A stretch of DNA of 54,825 nucleotides, filler included, from Sphacelaria rigidula (taxonomy: Eukaryota), in NCBI GenBank assembly GCA_964200075.2. It is 5 parts of 5 records of this genome, joined end to end, with 100 filler letters (N's around TTAATTAATTAA, not from the genome) between each part and the next. Parts side by side here need not be neighbours in the genome. Positions count along the whole stretch, not along the records: positions 1 to 10,885 come from CAXNAA020005735.1; positions 10,986 to 21,870 come from CAXNAA020005736.1; 3 more parts are not named here. One strand, 5' to 3'. The notes beneath the pieces were generated by a model. That model did no database searches. It worked only from the letters and a program-made list of their open reading frames with translations, and was not told the DNA's origin. Both the position numbers and the translations under genes were made by a program. Below, piece by piece: positions 1 through 12,029 of the stretch (positions are counted from its first letter, which is position 1; the number at the start of each line of letters is the position of its first letter).

Positions 1-290
1 TCGAGAGACTGGCTTTATCGATGTTACCAGCATATGCCCAATTTTCCATGTGCCGAAACACCGAGCTGCGGAGAGATTCCGTCGTCTCTTCTTGCTTGTC
101 GCCAACGCGAAGATCGATTTCTCTCTGCCTCTCCTTTTGAACAGGACGCGCCTCTGTGCGCTGAAGAACATGTCGTTGAAATAATAGGGCAATGTTCCCG
201 TCACCGTTACTACTGTTCTCTGCCACACACATGCCAGCAAGGGCGGTGCTGCGGCAATAACAGATATATCCAATTTGAACTTAGGGGGTG

Positions 291-430
291 TTATTCATCG
301 TTGATTTTTGCCGACCTCCCCGTACCCGGGTGTCCGACGAGAACAGCCTGCCACACGCCAGCTGAGGGGGTTGTATGAGAGATCAAACACTTGTAGAAAC
401 CTTTTCGACATGCGGAGTGAAAACAGATAC
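291..430 (-). pseudogene. Possible degenerate P-loop NTPase fragment (Crinkler/RHS-type-like)
   Basis: Minus-strand translation ...RKGFYKCLI...QAVLVGHPGTGRS resembles a hydrophobic strand plus Walker A (GxPGxGKS, here K>R). The frame ends in a stop and no downstream motifs are recognisable. Confidence 0.25.
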
Positions 431-749
431 CTATGGTGGTGACCCAACTGTTGTTAGCGTGGCGCAAAGGCAATGTGCAGCACACGCTGGTCGCGTGAAC
501 AGCTCGGTACAGTACGAGTAGTTTCCCATAAGTAATAACTATTCCGATGTCAGGAGGACGTGGTCACGGTAACAAACTGCATCGAAGTCGCAAGACCTGT
601 GAGAGCTAGAGAGTTTGACTGTTATGATCTGCATCCATAAAATTATAACGGTTCTGAAAACCTGAGGGAAAACGGCTTCCCTGTCCCCCAGCCAGGCATC
701 GATGAACGAGGAAAGACTTTTAAATCTGGCGTGAAGGTCCATAAAGTAC

Positions 750-1026
750 CACAAGATTGCTAGGGTCCCAAAGGTGCCCTGGAGACAGTTAGGACACCAG
801 AGGTTTGATGTAGTGCGAACTCCAGAGGTAAATTTACACTCTGGAGAGTATCGTTTCAGAAAATTTCCCCAGAGGCACCTTTAGTAAAATTATGCGCTCA
901 AGGGAATCATGTGCCCTCTGGCGGCTTCGTCGATTGTCTACTCCAGACGCATCATGAACCACCGGCGGGTATTTAATCCTGAGGGCCGTTTTCCCTCCAG
1001 AGGATGAAAATCACGATAGAGGATTT
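750..1026 (+). mobile_element. Terminus of a TIR DNA-transposon family with CCTC(C/T)(A/G)GAGG sub-terminal repeats
   Basis: Starts CACAAGATTGCTAGGGTCCCAAAGGT, an inverted match to 8207-8232. Contains CTCCAGAGG-type motifs. 976-1026 aligns in direct orientation with 6763-6817. Confidence 0.55.
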
Positions 1027-1059
1027 CCAAACAGGAGCCGGATGGTCGCAAAAAAAGGG

Positions 1060-1322
1060 ATTTTGATAACTGAAATGTTGGGGTCTTGGGTGAAAAAACA
1101 GTTTTGGCGTAAAATCCCTCAAAATTGGTTTTTCACCTAGGTCCCCGACATTTCGGTTGTCAAAATCCAAATTTGTACGGCGTGTAGTAGTTGCCAATAG
1201 CTACCAGCAAGTGAAGAAATGGAAGCATACTTCGAAGATTTGGCGTGGATACAACGATTTCATTTCTCCGGGTTTTCATTCCCAATAAAAGATTCATCCC
1301 CAATTTGTAAAATCCCGTGTTT
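1060..1322. mobile_element. Truncated copy of the foldback MITE at 8600-9061
   Basis: 1130-1322 is clearly homologous to 8866-9061 (TCACCTAGG...AAATCCAAATTT...ATCCCGTGTTT). 1065-1105 matches the inner part of the left arm. Confidence 0.8.
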
Positions 1323-1334
1323 ACAGTAGAAACG

Positions 1335-3750
1335 GTTTCAGCTCCGACTACTCTCGACTGCTTCTTCCCATCCACCGGCGTCCGCACTATGGGGTCTGAA
1401 CTCCTCGCGCTTTGGTTTCCCTTTCGTCAGCCGAGGACGAGATAACCCGGGCATCGAATCCTCGGAAGGGTGAATCGCTTTGCCCTGTCCTGTTGGCACC
1501 AGAAAGAGAAGTACCTGTCCGCCCTAATCGCTGACCAAACGCGGGGCAGGCAACGACGTACGCTTCCACTCGCTGCTGCCACGCTCGCAGTTGTCCTTCC
1601 CCCCGACGATCAGCTTCCAAGGCGACCATATAGGTCTGTCTCTTCGGACATGGTGCGCCTACCTGCGCGGCTGAGACTGCGGCCTGCTCGGTGAGACACC
1701 CAGCTCCGCTTAACAACGGAGCAACGAGCTCCTTCCAAGCAGGAGAGCTCACCAGTACAGCAGTACTCTCCAGGATCAGCGTTGTCAGAGAGGTTGATGA
1801 GAAGAATAACTCGACCAACTTCTTTGGCGACACTGGCTAATTCCGACTCCAGTGTAACCCGATCGATTGGCACAACCCAACTTGTATCCCCTACCAACAC
1901 TTCTGGTTGCACTTCTCCCACGAGGTTGTGGAAAGAACGGCGCCCCGGACACGTACATACCAGCCTGACTCCATTTCTAATCTGGTTTACTCCAACACAA
2001 TCCAACGCCTTCCAGTCCGTATCACCGTATCACCTCTACGAGCTCTTTGGCTGCCAAAATACGTCCTCCACCTGCAACTGGAAAAAGCTATTCGCTGACT
2101 CAACACTCGTAAAGTACTTGGATTCTGCTAGCCCACTATATATGGTCTGCATATCCCTCAAACCGCCGCTGTATGACTCTAGAAGTTCGTTCAGTCCACG
2201 ATAATCTTGACATAGTCGTGAACTACCGTCCGTTCTTCTTTCGAACCGTGATGCAGGCGGCTGCCCATGCTGGCGTCGATCGTACGTGGACCGGGACTAG
2301 CTTGCTAGCGAAACCTTCTAACCTTACGTGTTCCGTTAGATGCAGCGGTCATTGAAGCGTAGCATCGTCTTCCCACGCCACCCCAAGGCTTTTCCACACC
2401 TCATTCAATGCTGCCAGTTCGCTCCCAACAGACAACATCCCCGTCGAGCCGTCTGTGGGCGCGCTTGGCTTGACAGCACAGAAGAGGTCCCACGCTGCCG
2501 AGTCTTCTTGGATCTTGAGGTGGTCGATGTCAACAGCTCCGAGCTTTGGGGAACCGTTAGACACCAACCGTACGCACGGCGCATCCGGCGTAGGCCGAGA
2601 TCCTGATCGCCCTTTGATAGATAGAGTACTTTTTTTTCTCCTGAAAAATTAGCTCCCGAAATAAATTTATAGGATAATCCATCGACCACCCTGACCCATA
2701 CCTTATTTACCCTACACTCTGGGTGGAAACGAGTCAAAATTACCGTTGATCCTAGGATCTTCATCGTAGGTATCCTACTGTCACTAGGGTTAGCAGCCTT
2801 CGAAAATCCTGTTCCTTGTCGTTGTAACTTATTTTCTACATTACCCCGCGTCACTAAAGACCTTCACCAAAGCTTCGATACGTAGCTCCCCCCCCCTGCC
2901 CGGTTGTCCAGTAACACCGTTACTGGTAGGCGGTGGCTACTCTTGCTGCGGTGCCAGATTTAGGCTCATATCCACAGCTGCTGCGCATCGCCCTTCCTTG
3001 CTTCAGCTAAAATGACATTCAATCCCCTCCGATGGTGCCAAAATCCCCTTGTTACGGTATCAACACTTTTTCAAGACTAGATCCCTGGCGGGATACAGCT
3101 TGTGTCGGAGTAGGTTGGACCAACGTTGATCGAACATGACTCCTCGGTGCAGGGCTGCATAATGGCAGCGTGCTCGGCAATTTGTTCACCCTCGCTTGCG
3201 TAGCAGGGGTGGCCCCGGAGGGGTGAAATGACCCATACAATGAACTTGCATGCGTACCCACTGGGTTAGGTGGAACCTAGTATCTGGATCAATGCTAGAG
3301 AGGCGGCGGCAGCGGCGGCAGCGGCGGCAGCGGCACCGGGTATGCACCCTGCTGGTTGCGCCTTGCCTGGGATGGATAACGCTAACGGAGACCCAGATAC
3401 TGGAAGTATCTGCTAAAAGAGCGGAGGAACTACCGGTTATGAAAACTGTTGGTCAAAAGCGATAAGCATTTTTATCTGCGACGCTTGAGCAGCCTGTTGT
3501 TGCTAAGGCGCAAAAAGACTGTTGCTATTGTCGCGGCGCAGAAACACTACTGCAGTTGCAGACGCACAAAAGACTGGTGCTGCGGAGGAGGTGCGGCAAC
3601 ATGCTGCTGCATGGAAAGGCGCGGCAATCTGCTGCTGCATGGGAAGGTGCTTTGACGGGAGTTTGTTGGACGAATCCCGCCGTGTAAAAGGACTGGGCTC
3701 AAGGATTCCAGGGCTTTCCACTCATTTTTCACCGATTTGGGGTTAGCTAT
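1335..3750 (-). mobile_element. Decayed, internally deleted Ty3/Gypsy retrotransposon fragment (protease, RT N-terminus, DNMT-like domain)
   Basis: Protease: VTVLLD/(T)GAGGSYVS (frameshifted, ~2875-2925) and ...KILGST...VRVVDGLSYKFISGANF. RT N-terminus (~2065-2290): RSTPAWAAACITVRKK/DGSSRLCQDYRGLNELLESYSGGLRDMQTIYSGLAESKYFTSVESANSFFQL. Many frameshifts and stops. The 5' boundary is approximate. Confidence 0.8.
1340..2060 (-). pseudogene. C5 cytosine DNA-methyltransferase-like domain (degenerate)
   Basis: Motifs in DNMT order across frameshifts: ELVEVI/DTDWKALDCVGVN (motif II-like), QPEVLVG (motif IV strand, PC absent), TLILEST (motif VI, ENV-like), GCLTEQAAVSAAQVGAPCPKRQTYMVA (motif VIII GxPxxR-like), then KAIHPSEDSMPGLSR...FRPHSADAG (variable-region-like). 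Motifs IX-X are cut off at the MITE. Confidence 0.6.
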
Positions 3751-4094
3751 GTGATACTCGAAACGTTAAACCTGCACGCACGTACCCCATGAATGTAACG
3801 CCAAATTGAAAGAACTACGAATGATTCGTGGCAATGTGTTACAATCTCCATGATTCAAGAGTCAAGAGGGCGGTGTCTGGCGGAAAGTGTTATCAGCCAT
3901 CAACGGATGTGAAGAGCGATGGAACAAGCAACATGGACAGCAGCGCTCCACCGGCGTAAAAGGATAGTGGACAGAAGAAAGGGGAAGAACAAAGGGAACA
4001 GTAATATGACCGGGCAAGACAGGTTCGCGCGTGTGCATTTGGACAGGGTATCACGTGTCGGGACTACCCAGTATAATTTCCTGGACTCCGACCC

Positions 4095-4300
4095 CTTTCA
4101 AACTGTTTGGATACGCATGGGAAATCTTGGCCCCTGTCAACCTGTTCGAACACGCGTGAGAAATCCTGGCCCCCTGTTAACCTGTTCGGACACGCGTGAG
4201 AAATCCTGGCCCCCTGCGAACCTGTTCGGACACACATGGGAAATCCTGGCCTCCTGTCAAGCTGTTCGGGCACGCATGGGAAATCCAGCCTCAGTGTCAA
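4095..4300. repeat. Minisatellite, ~40-bp unit, about 5 copies (further partial copies at ~4550-4610)
   Basis: Recurrent AACCTGTTCGGACACGC(G/A)TG(A/G)GAAATCCTGGCCCCCTG. Confidence 0.85.
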
Positions 4301-6499
4301 CGAGCAATACTACGGTAGAGGTGCACTTTTTGCGCGAAATCTTGTCTGATTCAGGAGCTCCTGAAGATTCTAGATGCACAAGAATATGGGTTAGGGTTTG
4401 CAAATTTATTCGGGATATCCCTAGCACATTGGAATAGTTATCCTGGCGTATTCTCACATATTTCACAAGTCGTGTTGGGCATGAAATAGAGGGCTCCTAA
4501 CATTTCTAACCTCGGAAAATATTTGTGCACCCCTACCGTAACATCCCTCCAACCTGTTCGGACACGCATGGGAAACCTGTCTCCCTGTCGACCTATTCGG
4601 ACAAGCATCGTCTTGGCACCTTGAGCATTCCTCTTCGCCCATTTTCCTGCATGCCATCAAATCCTGCTTGTTCGCTGTGTGGTGCAAGTGTATTTATTTT
4701 GGTTTATACAACTTTCTCTTTCATCCACTCAATGTCCGGCTTGTATGTTAATAAGTTCACAGTATCCACAATAATCATACGAGTCGTTCATTACAAGCCA
4801 GTAACCCTCGTCGATATATTCCCGGTGTAAATATCGGCAAAGGAATAAGTGAAACCCATCGACATCTTGAGATCAGAAGAATGTAGCCCTGCCCCGGGGA
4901 CGATCATAGCGCGCACAGATAGACGGTCATCTTCGAATGGATTGTCAGAGCATGTACACGCGGACGGTCATCTTCGAATTGATTGTCGGAGCGTGCACAA
5001 GTATAGACGGTCGACGGGAACTGACGGAGCATCCGTCTGGTGACCTCATGCAAACACAGTAGCATGCAGCTTCACTCGTAGCCGCTCAATCGTTGTGGAT
5101 TTGGGTTGATTAGCACATTCATGAGTAGCTACATAGTAATTGACAGACTGGTACCCGTAATAATTGTCAACAGACAACTGTTGCCGGCGTCATGCAGTCC
5201 AGTGATCCACCCCTGCGGGTCATAGTAAATAAATTATGGTCAGTTCAGCAGTGCACCTGGACACGATCACCCATGTACTGATAGTCGTGAAATAAACTAA
5301 AAGTACACGGTTGGGTATGATTTCTTCAAAATCAGAGGAGATATCACATAGCCCCGAAGTTGCATACATGTATGGCTCGCCCATACCCTTTGGAGCTATT
5401 CAGCAAGGGCCAAACTATGAAACAGGGGGAACCACTTTGAGGTTACATTCAATTTCCATGACAAAAAAAACATTTCACGCACCAATGACATGTTTCCCCC
5501 CCGACCGGGGTAGGGTAAATACCTCATGCATGCGTTCATTCAAGCTTCCCAATTTCCGTTCACGACAAATCGGCTCACATGGTATCGTGCCTTGTAGCAT
5601 GTGTGCACGACCAGTATGGCACTACGGTTACACAAACAGTTTTCGCGCATTGGCGGACGGCAGCGTAACAATGCTATTCTCTCTTAGTTGCATACACGGT
5701 CATGTATGAGATGCGGTTAGTAGGTGGCCCTCAATCCCAAAGGCATGATCTATCGATCCGGCATTAATTTTAGCAGATGAAATCTCGGGAGTCCCTTTTC
5801 ATCTCTTTCACATGCGACAGCAGTTCATTAACTCACGTCTGCTGGTTAAATACTGCGGTCATAGTTTCACTCATGCAGCACGATCACTACTCCTATAATG
5901 CATGTATGTGTCCTTACACCATATATACTCGAATTAACAGTACATGACAGAGTTGATCTGGGCATCTTCCGCTAGCATAGTCCGATATTTGATGTTCGAT
6001 GGTGATTCGCTACAGTTTGTCCCTACAGTTGGGGTTTTATTAGACCGAGTACACAGTTGGGGTTTTAACGAGGAGATAGTGCAGCCCGTATATATTCAGT
6101 ACAGTTGTCTTGTACAGCCGTCCTGTAACAGCATCACAATCAATAAAACGGTAGCATGTCGTAGAACCGAAGGGTGACATCGTAACCTAATGTGCTGAAA
6201 CACAAGCGATTTTTAATCCAGTGGGTCGCGTCGAATTGGAGTATGTATGGAACAAGCATTGCAGTGTTGCTTCATTTGAGCGTTACTGCAAATTCACGTG
6301 TGGCAAATAGTGTAACAGCAGGCGTGATGTGTGGAGCAGCATAGCGTGGTTCCATTTCAGCTGCATCACACTACCAAATCACACCCTATAGGAACAGCAG
6401 CGCCAGTTGTGAACGAGCCCAACGTTACTCCGTCCCGCAGCAACACACGCGGCCATTCTACGCCCCCCCCAAAATACTCTGTTCCGGTTAACTTTTCGA

Positions 6500-6820
6500 G
6501 TCTCCAGAGGAATTAAACGCCTCTAGAGGGTGCGCGGCCCTCCAGAGGGGTGGGATCGAACGCCTCCAGAGGCTTGCTTTGCCTCTGGAGCGCCGCGCAC
6601 CCTCTGGAGGATCTTGGAGGATGCGCAGCCCTCCAGAGCACCATTTGTTTTGTTACTCTCGAGGGATTCAGACCTCAGAAGTAACTGGAGCATCAGATGC
6701 CCTCCAGAGGGTTTATTTTATGACCGGAACTGAGTATGAAATATCCTCTAGAGGGTAGTTTTATCCTCCGGAGGGTCACTTTACCCTCGAGAGAAAGAAA
6801 ATCGAGATAGAGGATATTCA
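6500..6820 (+). repeat. Cluster of ~10 quasi-palindromic CCTCCAGAGG/CCTCTGGAGG motifs; same family as 750-1026
   Basis: Motif seen repeatedly (e.g. ~6502, 6520, 6539, 6564, 6582, 6601, 6629, 6701, 6745, 6765). The 3' part aligns with 976-1026. Confidence 0.7.
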
Positions 6821-7674
6821 TGGGGGTAGCCGAATGGCCGCGTGTGAAACGCCGAGAGCTTATACTTGAATTAGTAGGAGTTTAACTGATATTTAATGCC
6901 AACCTCGGCTGTATACACCATCCCCCTTCTGGCGTGCGAACGTAATGCGCTGATTTTGGTGCCGACAGTGAAAGCAAGTCATTCGCTACAGACAGGTCGT
7001 CATGTGATCTCGGGGTTGATAAACATAACATTCAACAAGAATGCATGTCGTTTACCTAACAGCCATTCTCCCTAACATCATTACCCATCACACGGCAGCG
7101 TTGTGAAGCTGCGGGGGCATCATGGCCAGCAGGTTCGTGGTAACAGCAATTTCGAGCCCAGCTGGCGTTGGTAAACCAGCCTGAAAAAAGAACACCGTGG
7201 TTTTTCTTCAGTTGAACTGCACTGCAAACTCCCGTGTGGTGAATACAGTAAGCACAAGCTTGACGGGTAAAGGCGGCATAGTGTTGCGTCGCACAGCAGG
7301 AAGCGGACGTACAGCAGCTGTTGCATGAAAATATATAGCAAAGCAGTATAGAGAGTCATGCAATCCTAGCATCCACCGTGACTTCTCTCAACCAGGTCTA
7401 CACGCCAATATTTGACCCTTATGTAGTAACAGTATCCAATCGGACTGTGCACGCATCATCGCCGTTGCTACTTAGCTACTTCCATTTGTATCACTGCTTC
7501 TCTTTCCCATTTGAGCCGCCCTCGGACGCGAGAGTGGAAAATACAGTTGGTAACGTTATATAGATGTTTGGTATATGCCGCTATCACAGAATTGACTTTT
7601 GTAGCGAGTAACGGCGGGCGTACGGGTTAGGAACAACCACACACACGTGGACAAATATAGCACCTTGTGGGGCA

Positions 7675-7850
7675 CGTCTACAGGGTTCAGGGAAACTGTG
7701 CAGTGTTTCTCGCGGGGATTTGACTGTAGGGTGTTTTTTGCGCCACACAGGACGCTGCACAGAGTTTCAGGGAAACTGTGCAGTGTTTCTCGCGGGGGTT
7801 CGGCTGTAGGGTATTATTTTGTGCCACACGGGACGCTTTACAGGGTTTCG
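7675..7850. repeat. Tandem repeat, ~80-bp unit, about 2 copies
   Basis: TCAGGGAAACTGTGCAGTGTTTCTCGCGGGG...CTGTAGGGT...GCCACAC occurs twice. Confidence 0.85.
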
Positions 7851-8149
7851 TCACTCCGTGTGTGTAGTGTTTATTGCTGTTAATATGCTGTACAGTATTT
7901 TTACGCACATACAATATACTCGACCTTGCAGCGCGGGCACAGTACTGGCGAGAAGACAGTCCAATCGTGACAGGGGTGGATGTCGAACTCGAACTGTAGT
8001 GGTCGGGATAAGAACGCACTGAGCATTGAACCACCTATAACGTGTTGTTAACGTGAACATTATGTTTGAATTTCTAATGGATATGTCAAGCAATATAACT
8101 TCAGAAACGAAAACATGAGCACCCTTATTTTGTAATTTAAAATGGTTGC

Positions 8150-8232
8150 CTGTTGGCAACTTTGGGGAAAAGTGCTCTCCCGGGTGTAATTTACCTCTGG
8201 AGTTTGACCTTTGGGACCCCAGCAATTTTGTA
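8150..8232 (-). mobile_element. Inverted terminus of the CCTCCAGAGG-family element
   Basis: Reverse complement reads TACAAAATTGCTGGGGTCCCAAAGGTCAAACTCCAGAGGTAAATTACAC, matching 750-775 and 818-840. Confidence 0.6.
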
Positions 8233-8599
8233 CTTCAATTCACTTATATACTATATAGTATAGACCATGACCCGAGATCCACGCAAATCACCCATAACAA
8301 TAACACTTTTGTTCCCAGCTATACCGCAAAACCCTATATACTGTCTGTAGCAAAGAGCCCGAGGTGGGCATAGGGCTATAGATATACACTGCCGTGGTTG
8401 GGTATGAGGTATTTCTTGTTGCTCCATGGAAACTTGAGCATCTTACACCGTTCCTTTCAGATCCCACGGAATGTCGTCAAGGGACGGGTGGTTTTTGAGG
8501 AAGCAAATCGTCATTTGTAACAGGTGTAAGCCGTTCAAGCAAGAAAATTTCGATTCCGAACAGGGGAGGATGTACTGCTGTACTCCTGAATACTGTTTT

Positions 8600-9061
8600 A
8601 AACACGGGATCTTACAAATTGGGGATGGATCATTTATTGGGGATGGAAACCCGGAGGATTAAAATCTTCGTATCCGCACCAACTATTCGAAATATGGTTC
8701 CATTTCTTCACCTACCTACTGATAGCTATTGACAATTGCTACACGCCATAGAAATTTGGATTTCGAACACCGAAAATTTTGGGGTCCTAGGTGAAAAAAC
8801 AGTTTTGTGGAATTCCGGGTGTCCGAGCGGACGCCAAAATAGTACCGAAATGGTTCCGAAATGATTTTTTTCACCTAGGACCCCAACATTTCGGTGATCG
8901 AAATCCAAATTTCTATGGCGTGTAGCAGTTGTCAATAGCTACCAGTAGGTGAAGAAATGGAACCATATTTCGAATATTTGGTGCGGATACGAAGATTTTA
9001 ATCCTCCGGGTTTCTCATCCCCAATAAATGATCCATCCCCAAATTGTAAGATCCCGTGTTT
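8600..9061. mobile_element. Foldback MITE with ~200-bp terminal inverted repeats
   Basis: AAACACGGGATCTTACAAATTGGGGATGGATCATTTATTGGGGATG... at 8600 and its near-perfect reverse complement ending at 9061. The arms pair from ~8600-8800 to ~8866-9061. Non-coding. Confidence 0.9.
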
Positions 9062-10885
9062 CTACATGTTCTATTTCCAGCCATATTCTGCAAAATACGG
9101 TGTAATTGTTTCTCGTCATATCTAAGCAAGACCATGCCAACGCTTTCCCTGACTGGTTCAGAGTCCCTTTGTATGAGAGAGATTTTATATGCTTCGAAAA
9201 ATTGTGCGATGACCGCCAGCATAGTGTTGTATTGCACTACGAGTGTTAATAATGAGAGCTATAGGATTTCCAGGCAAGAGGCTCACCTACCTGGTGGAAG
9301 CCGCTACATACAGTGTGCAATAGATGGAGCCGTGTCTCTCCCGCACATCTTCTCCTACGAAATGCTGAACACTACTGCAAGTAAGTGATAAAGCGCATCT
9401 TCTGCATGATGTATATACATAGCTGTGCAGAGGTACAAAATGACGCGGGGTGGTTGTATCTGCTGTTGTTTTTGCTACCCCATCAGAAGATGCGGGTTGT
9501 GAATTGAAGAAAACACGGGTTGCACCCACGCAGTACAGCCCATGCACCCCAAAACCAGTTGCCAATTCTACCAGGAAGAAAGTGACCATACAAGGCGTGA
9601 TAGCTGCTTCAGGCTGGATGAAGCACCTCTCATGGGCGCTACTGGCGAAACTACCCCAAGCGTGGGAGTTTTCACCGTCTCGTTGTGTGTGTGTCCAGTT
9701 TTCTTTTTGTCTGTTGCACCCAACTGACTGTATTTCCTCCCAGGGCTGCCAGGAGCTTAGTAGACGTTACAGAAGTGCGGTAGCTCACGCTCTTGTCTGC
9801 GCACCAGGCGAGTATCTCGCTGCTACATTTCTCCTGCTCTTCACTTCGAAAATATGCATGCATGCAAGCGGACAGCACCGTACTTGCGTCGGCGGCAGTT
9901 GCGGGACACGGACGTCGCCCTGTTACGTGTTATGTAGCGCTTAGAGGCACGTCCTTTTGAGAAAACGTCGCACCATGGCGACGGTGGTTTTTCTTTTGAA
10001 CTGCTTATCATCTTGCTTGGGCTGCCGTATAGAAACGTCTGGGTTAGGGTTACATGGCCGAAACTGCTTGCGTATTTCGAGCCAATTGGACCAAACAAAT
10101 GAAATTTCGATGGCGACTTCAATCTCTCCCAAATGATGAACCTCAAATTTGATTCCACGCTGTTCATAGCTACTATTCACAACTGTAGCACAGTAGAGCA
10201 GAACGGGTGTCTTGCCGTCGCGTGAAAACATTTTTTTCAAACTGTCAGCGGACCTTGTCAACCGAAAGATATTTGTCATACGCGCACATAATCTGTGTAT
10301 TTGTGAAGCGCAGTGCTACTTCATCTGAGCTGACTTGCACAGGAGGGGTGCGTACACCCAGCACCCGCTGCGTAGCTTACAAAGCTAGCATCAAGGTGTC
10401 TTACCTCACAGCACAAGGGTGGTGTATAACGATATCTGCGCGGTGTGTGCAGTAAGCCTAGAGCCGCTTCATCACGCGATGCGGAGACGCTGTCAAACAT
10501 GTTGCAGCAAATCGTGCTTGAAACAACTCTTATCTACCCATACACGTGGCTACTCACGGTAAGGGATGACTCTTCAAATACCCGTTATACTTCAAAAAAC
10601 ACATATAAGGCACAGCGATCATAGCTGCACCCCAAACATCGAACTCAGTCGGTTAGCAATAATCGCTGCGCTAAAGCTGTGGACACGCATCTTCGGGTGT
10701 CGTAGGATACGCACAGCAGGCAGCGACTCCAAGCGTACACGGGATTGACCGAGGACCATCTCGTTCCGTTTCACATTTACAGACAGAAAAATGCGTGAGT
10801 CATCCTACGATAGGGGGGGGGGGGGGGGGGGGGTCGGATATCATGGAAGCTGAGGGAGGTGCGTGGCCTGTAAAACACATGCGAT

Positions 10886-10985
10886 NNNNNNNNNNNNNNN
10901 NNNNNNNNNNNNNNNNNNNNNNNNNNNNNTTAATTAATTAANNNNNNNNNNNNNNNNNNNNNNNNNNNNNNNNNNNNNNNNNNNN
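10886..10985. other. Artificial contig spacer
   Basis: 44 N + TTAATTAATTAA + 44 N, identical to the other three spacers. Confidence 0.98.
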
Positions 10986-12029
10986 GTCACGAGTCGATTG
11001 ATTATACTAAAACCAAGTAATTTCCAGACGAATCATTATTTGTCCGACCCTTGCATAGTTTCGAACTACCGCATCTCGTCAAGACACACTCCGGCCAACG
11101 GAATCTTTGTCGTAATGAGCGGGCTTTTTTGCTTTAGAGGGGAGCGAGCTTGAGGTCTCTCAGAACCCGAGGCGACGTACTCTGCAACCTTCCTTATGCG
11201 TGCCGCATGATAAGAAGTAACTTTCTGGGGCATGTTCAGTGTACTCCAGCAACTTTGAAGGTCTGTATTGCATCAACCGAGGTCATCGATCATCAGTACA
11301 TATTCGACTGACCAGGTTTGACCCATTCGGGATCAATATACCTGTAAACAGGTAGTTGTAGTTCAAAACGGCTTCCTGGACACATTTTGTATCCAGCAGT
11401 TCCGCTCTGCGTGTTTTTTTCTTCACAGAAACTTGTTACGAAAAATCTTCAATCATATTTTTGGACCCGTTCAGCCGACATATCCGACAGCACCCGACCA
11501 GTACTGAGAGTGTGGTTGGCGGATATGAAAGTTGACTATATTTCGCCATGATTCTAGGTGTCGCGAGCGTGAAAAGGTGCCGAATATTCCAACAGACATT
11601 TCTACATAATTTTTCCCCTCTCACAGTATCCGCGGCAGCATGTACTGTTCAAGTGTGAAACCACTGCAAACATAAGTCTTGTCATTAGGCCGCTCTTGAG
11701 GAAGAAATTCACATATGAAACTATTTTGAAACGCAAATGACTGACCAAGAAATAGCAGTAGCAAGTTAACTTGTGATTCGTACTGCACAAGCCACGCGGT
11801 CACAGTTCGTGACACGCCATTGAATCATATTTGGTTCACAAGACAAACTAACACACACACACACACACACACACACATGTTGCCGTGTATGTCTTTCACA
11901 TCCTCTCGTCAAAACACAAAACTCCAGTACGTTAACGCCGATCGATGTTACTGTTGTTTCACTTTGTGAAACTTTCACCATGGTGTAATACTGACTTGAG
12001 AGCATCGCTTAGGTTTTCATCACATACAC

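Noticed and set aside
9100-10885. Short ORFs in this region as genes or as missing GNL3 3' exons
   Set aside because: No recognisable domains, and the region lies on a different contig from GNL3.
10930-10941. TTAATTAATTAA palindrome repeated four times
   Set aside because: Synthetic linker inside N spacers (stop codons in all frames), not biological.
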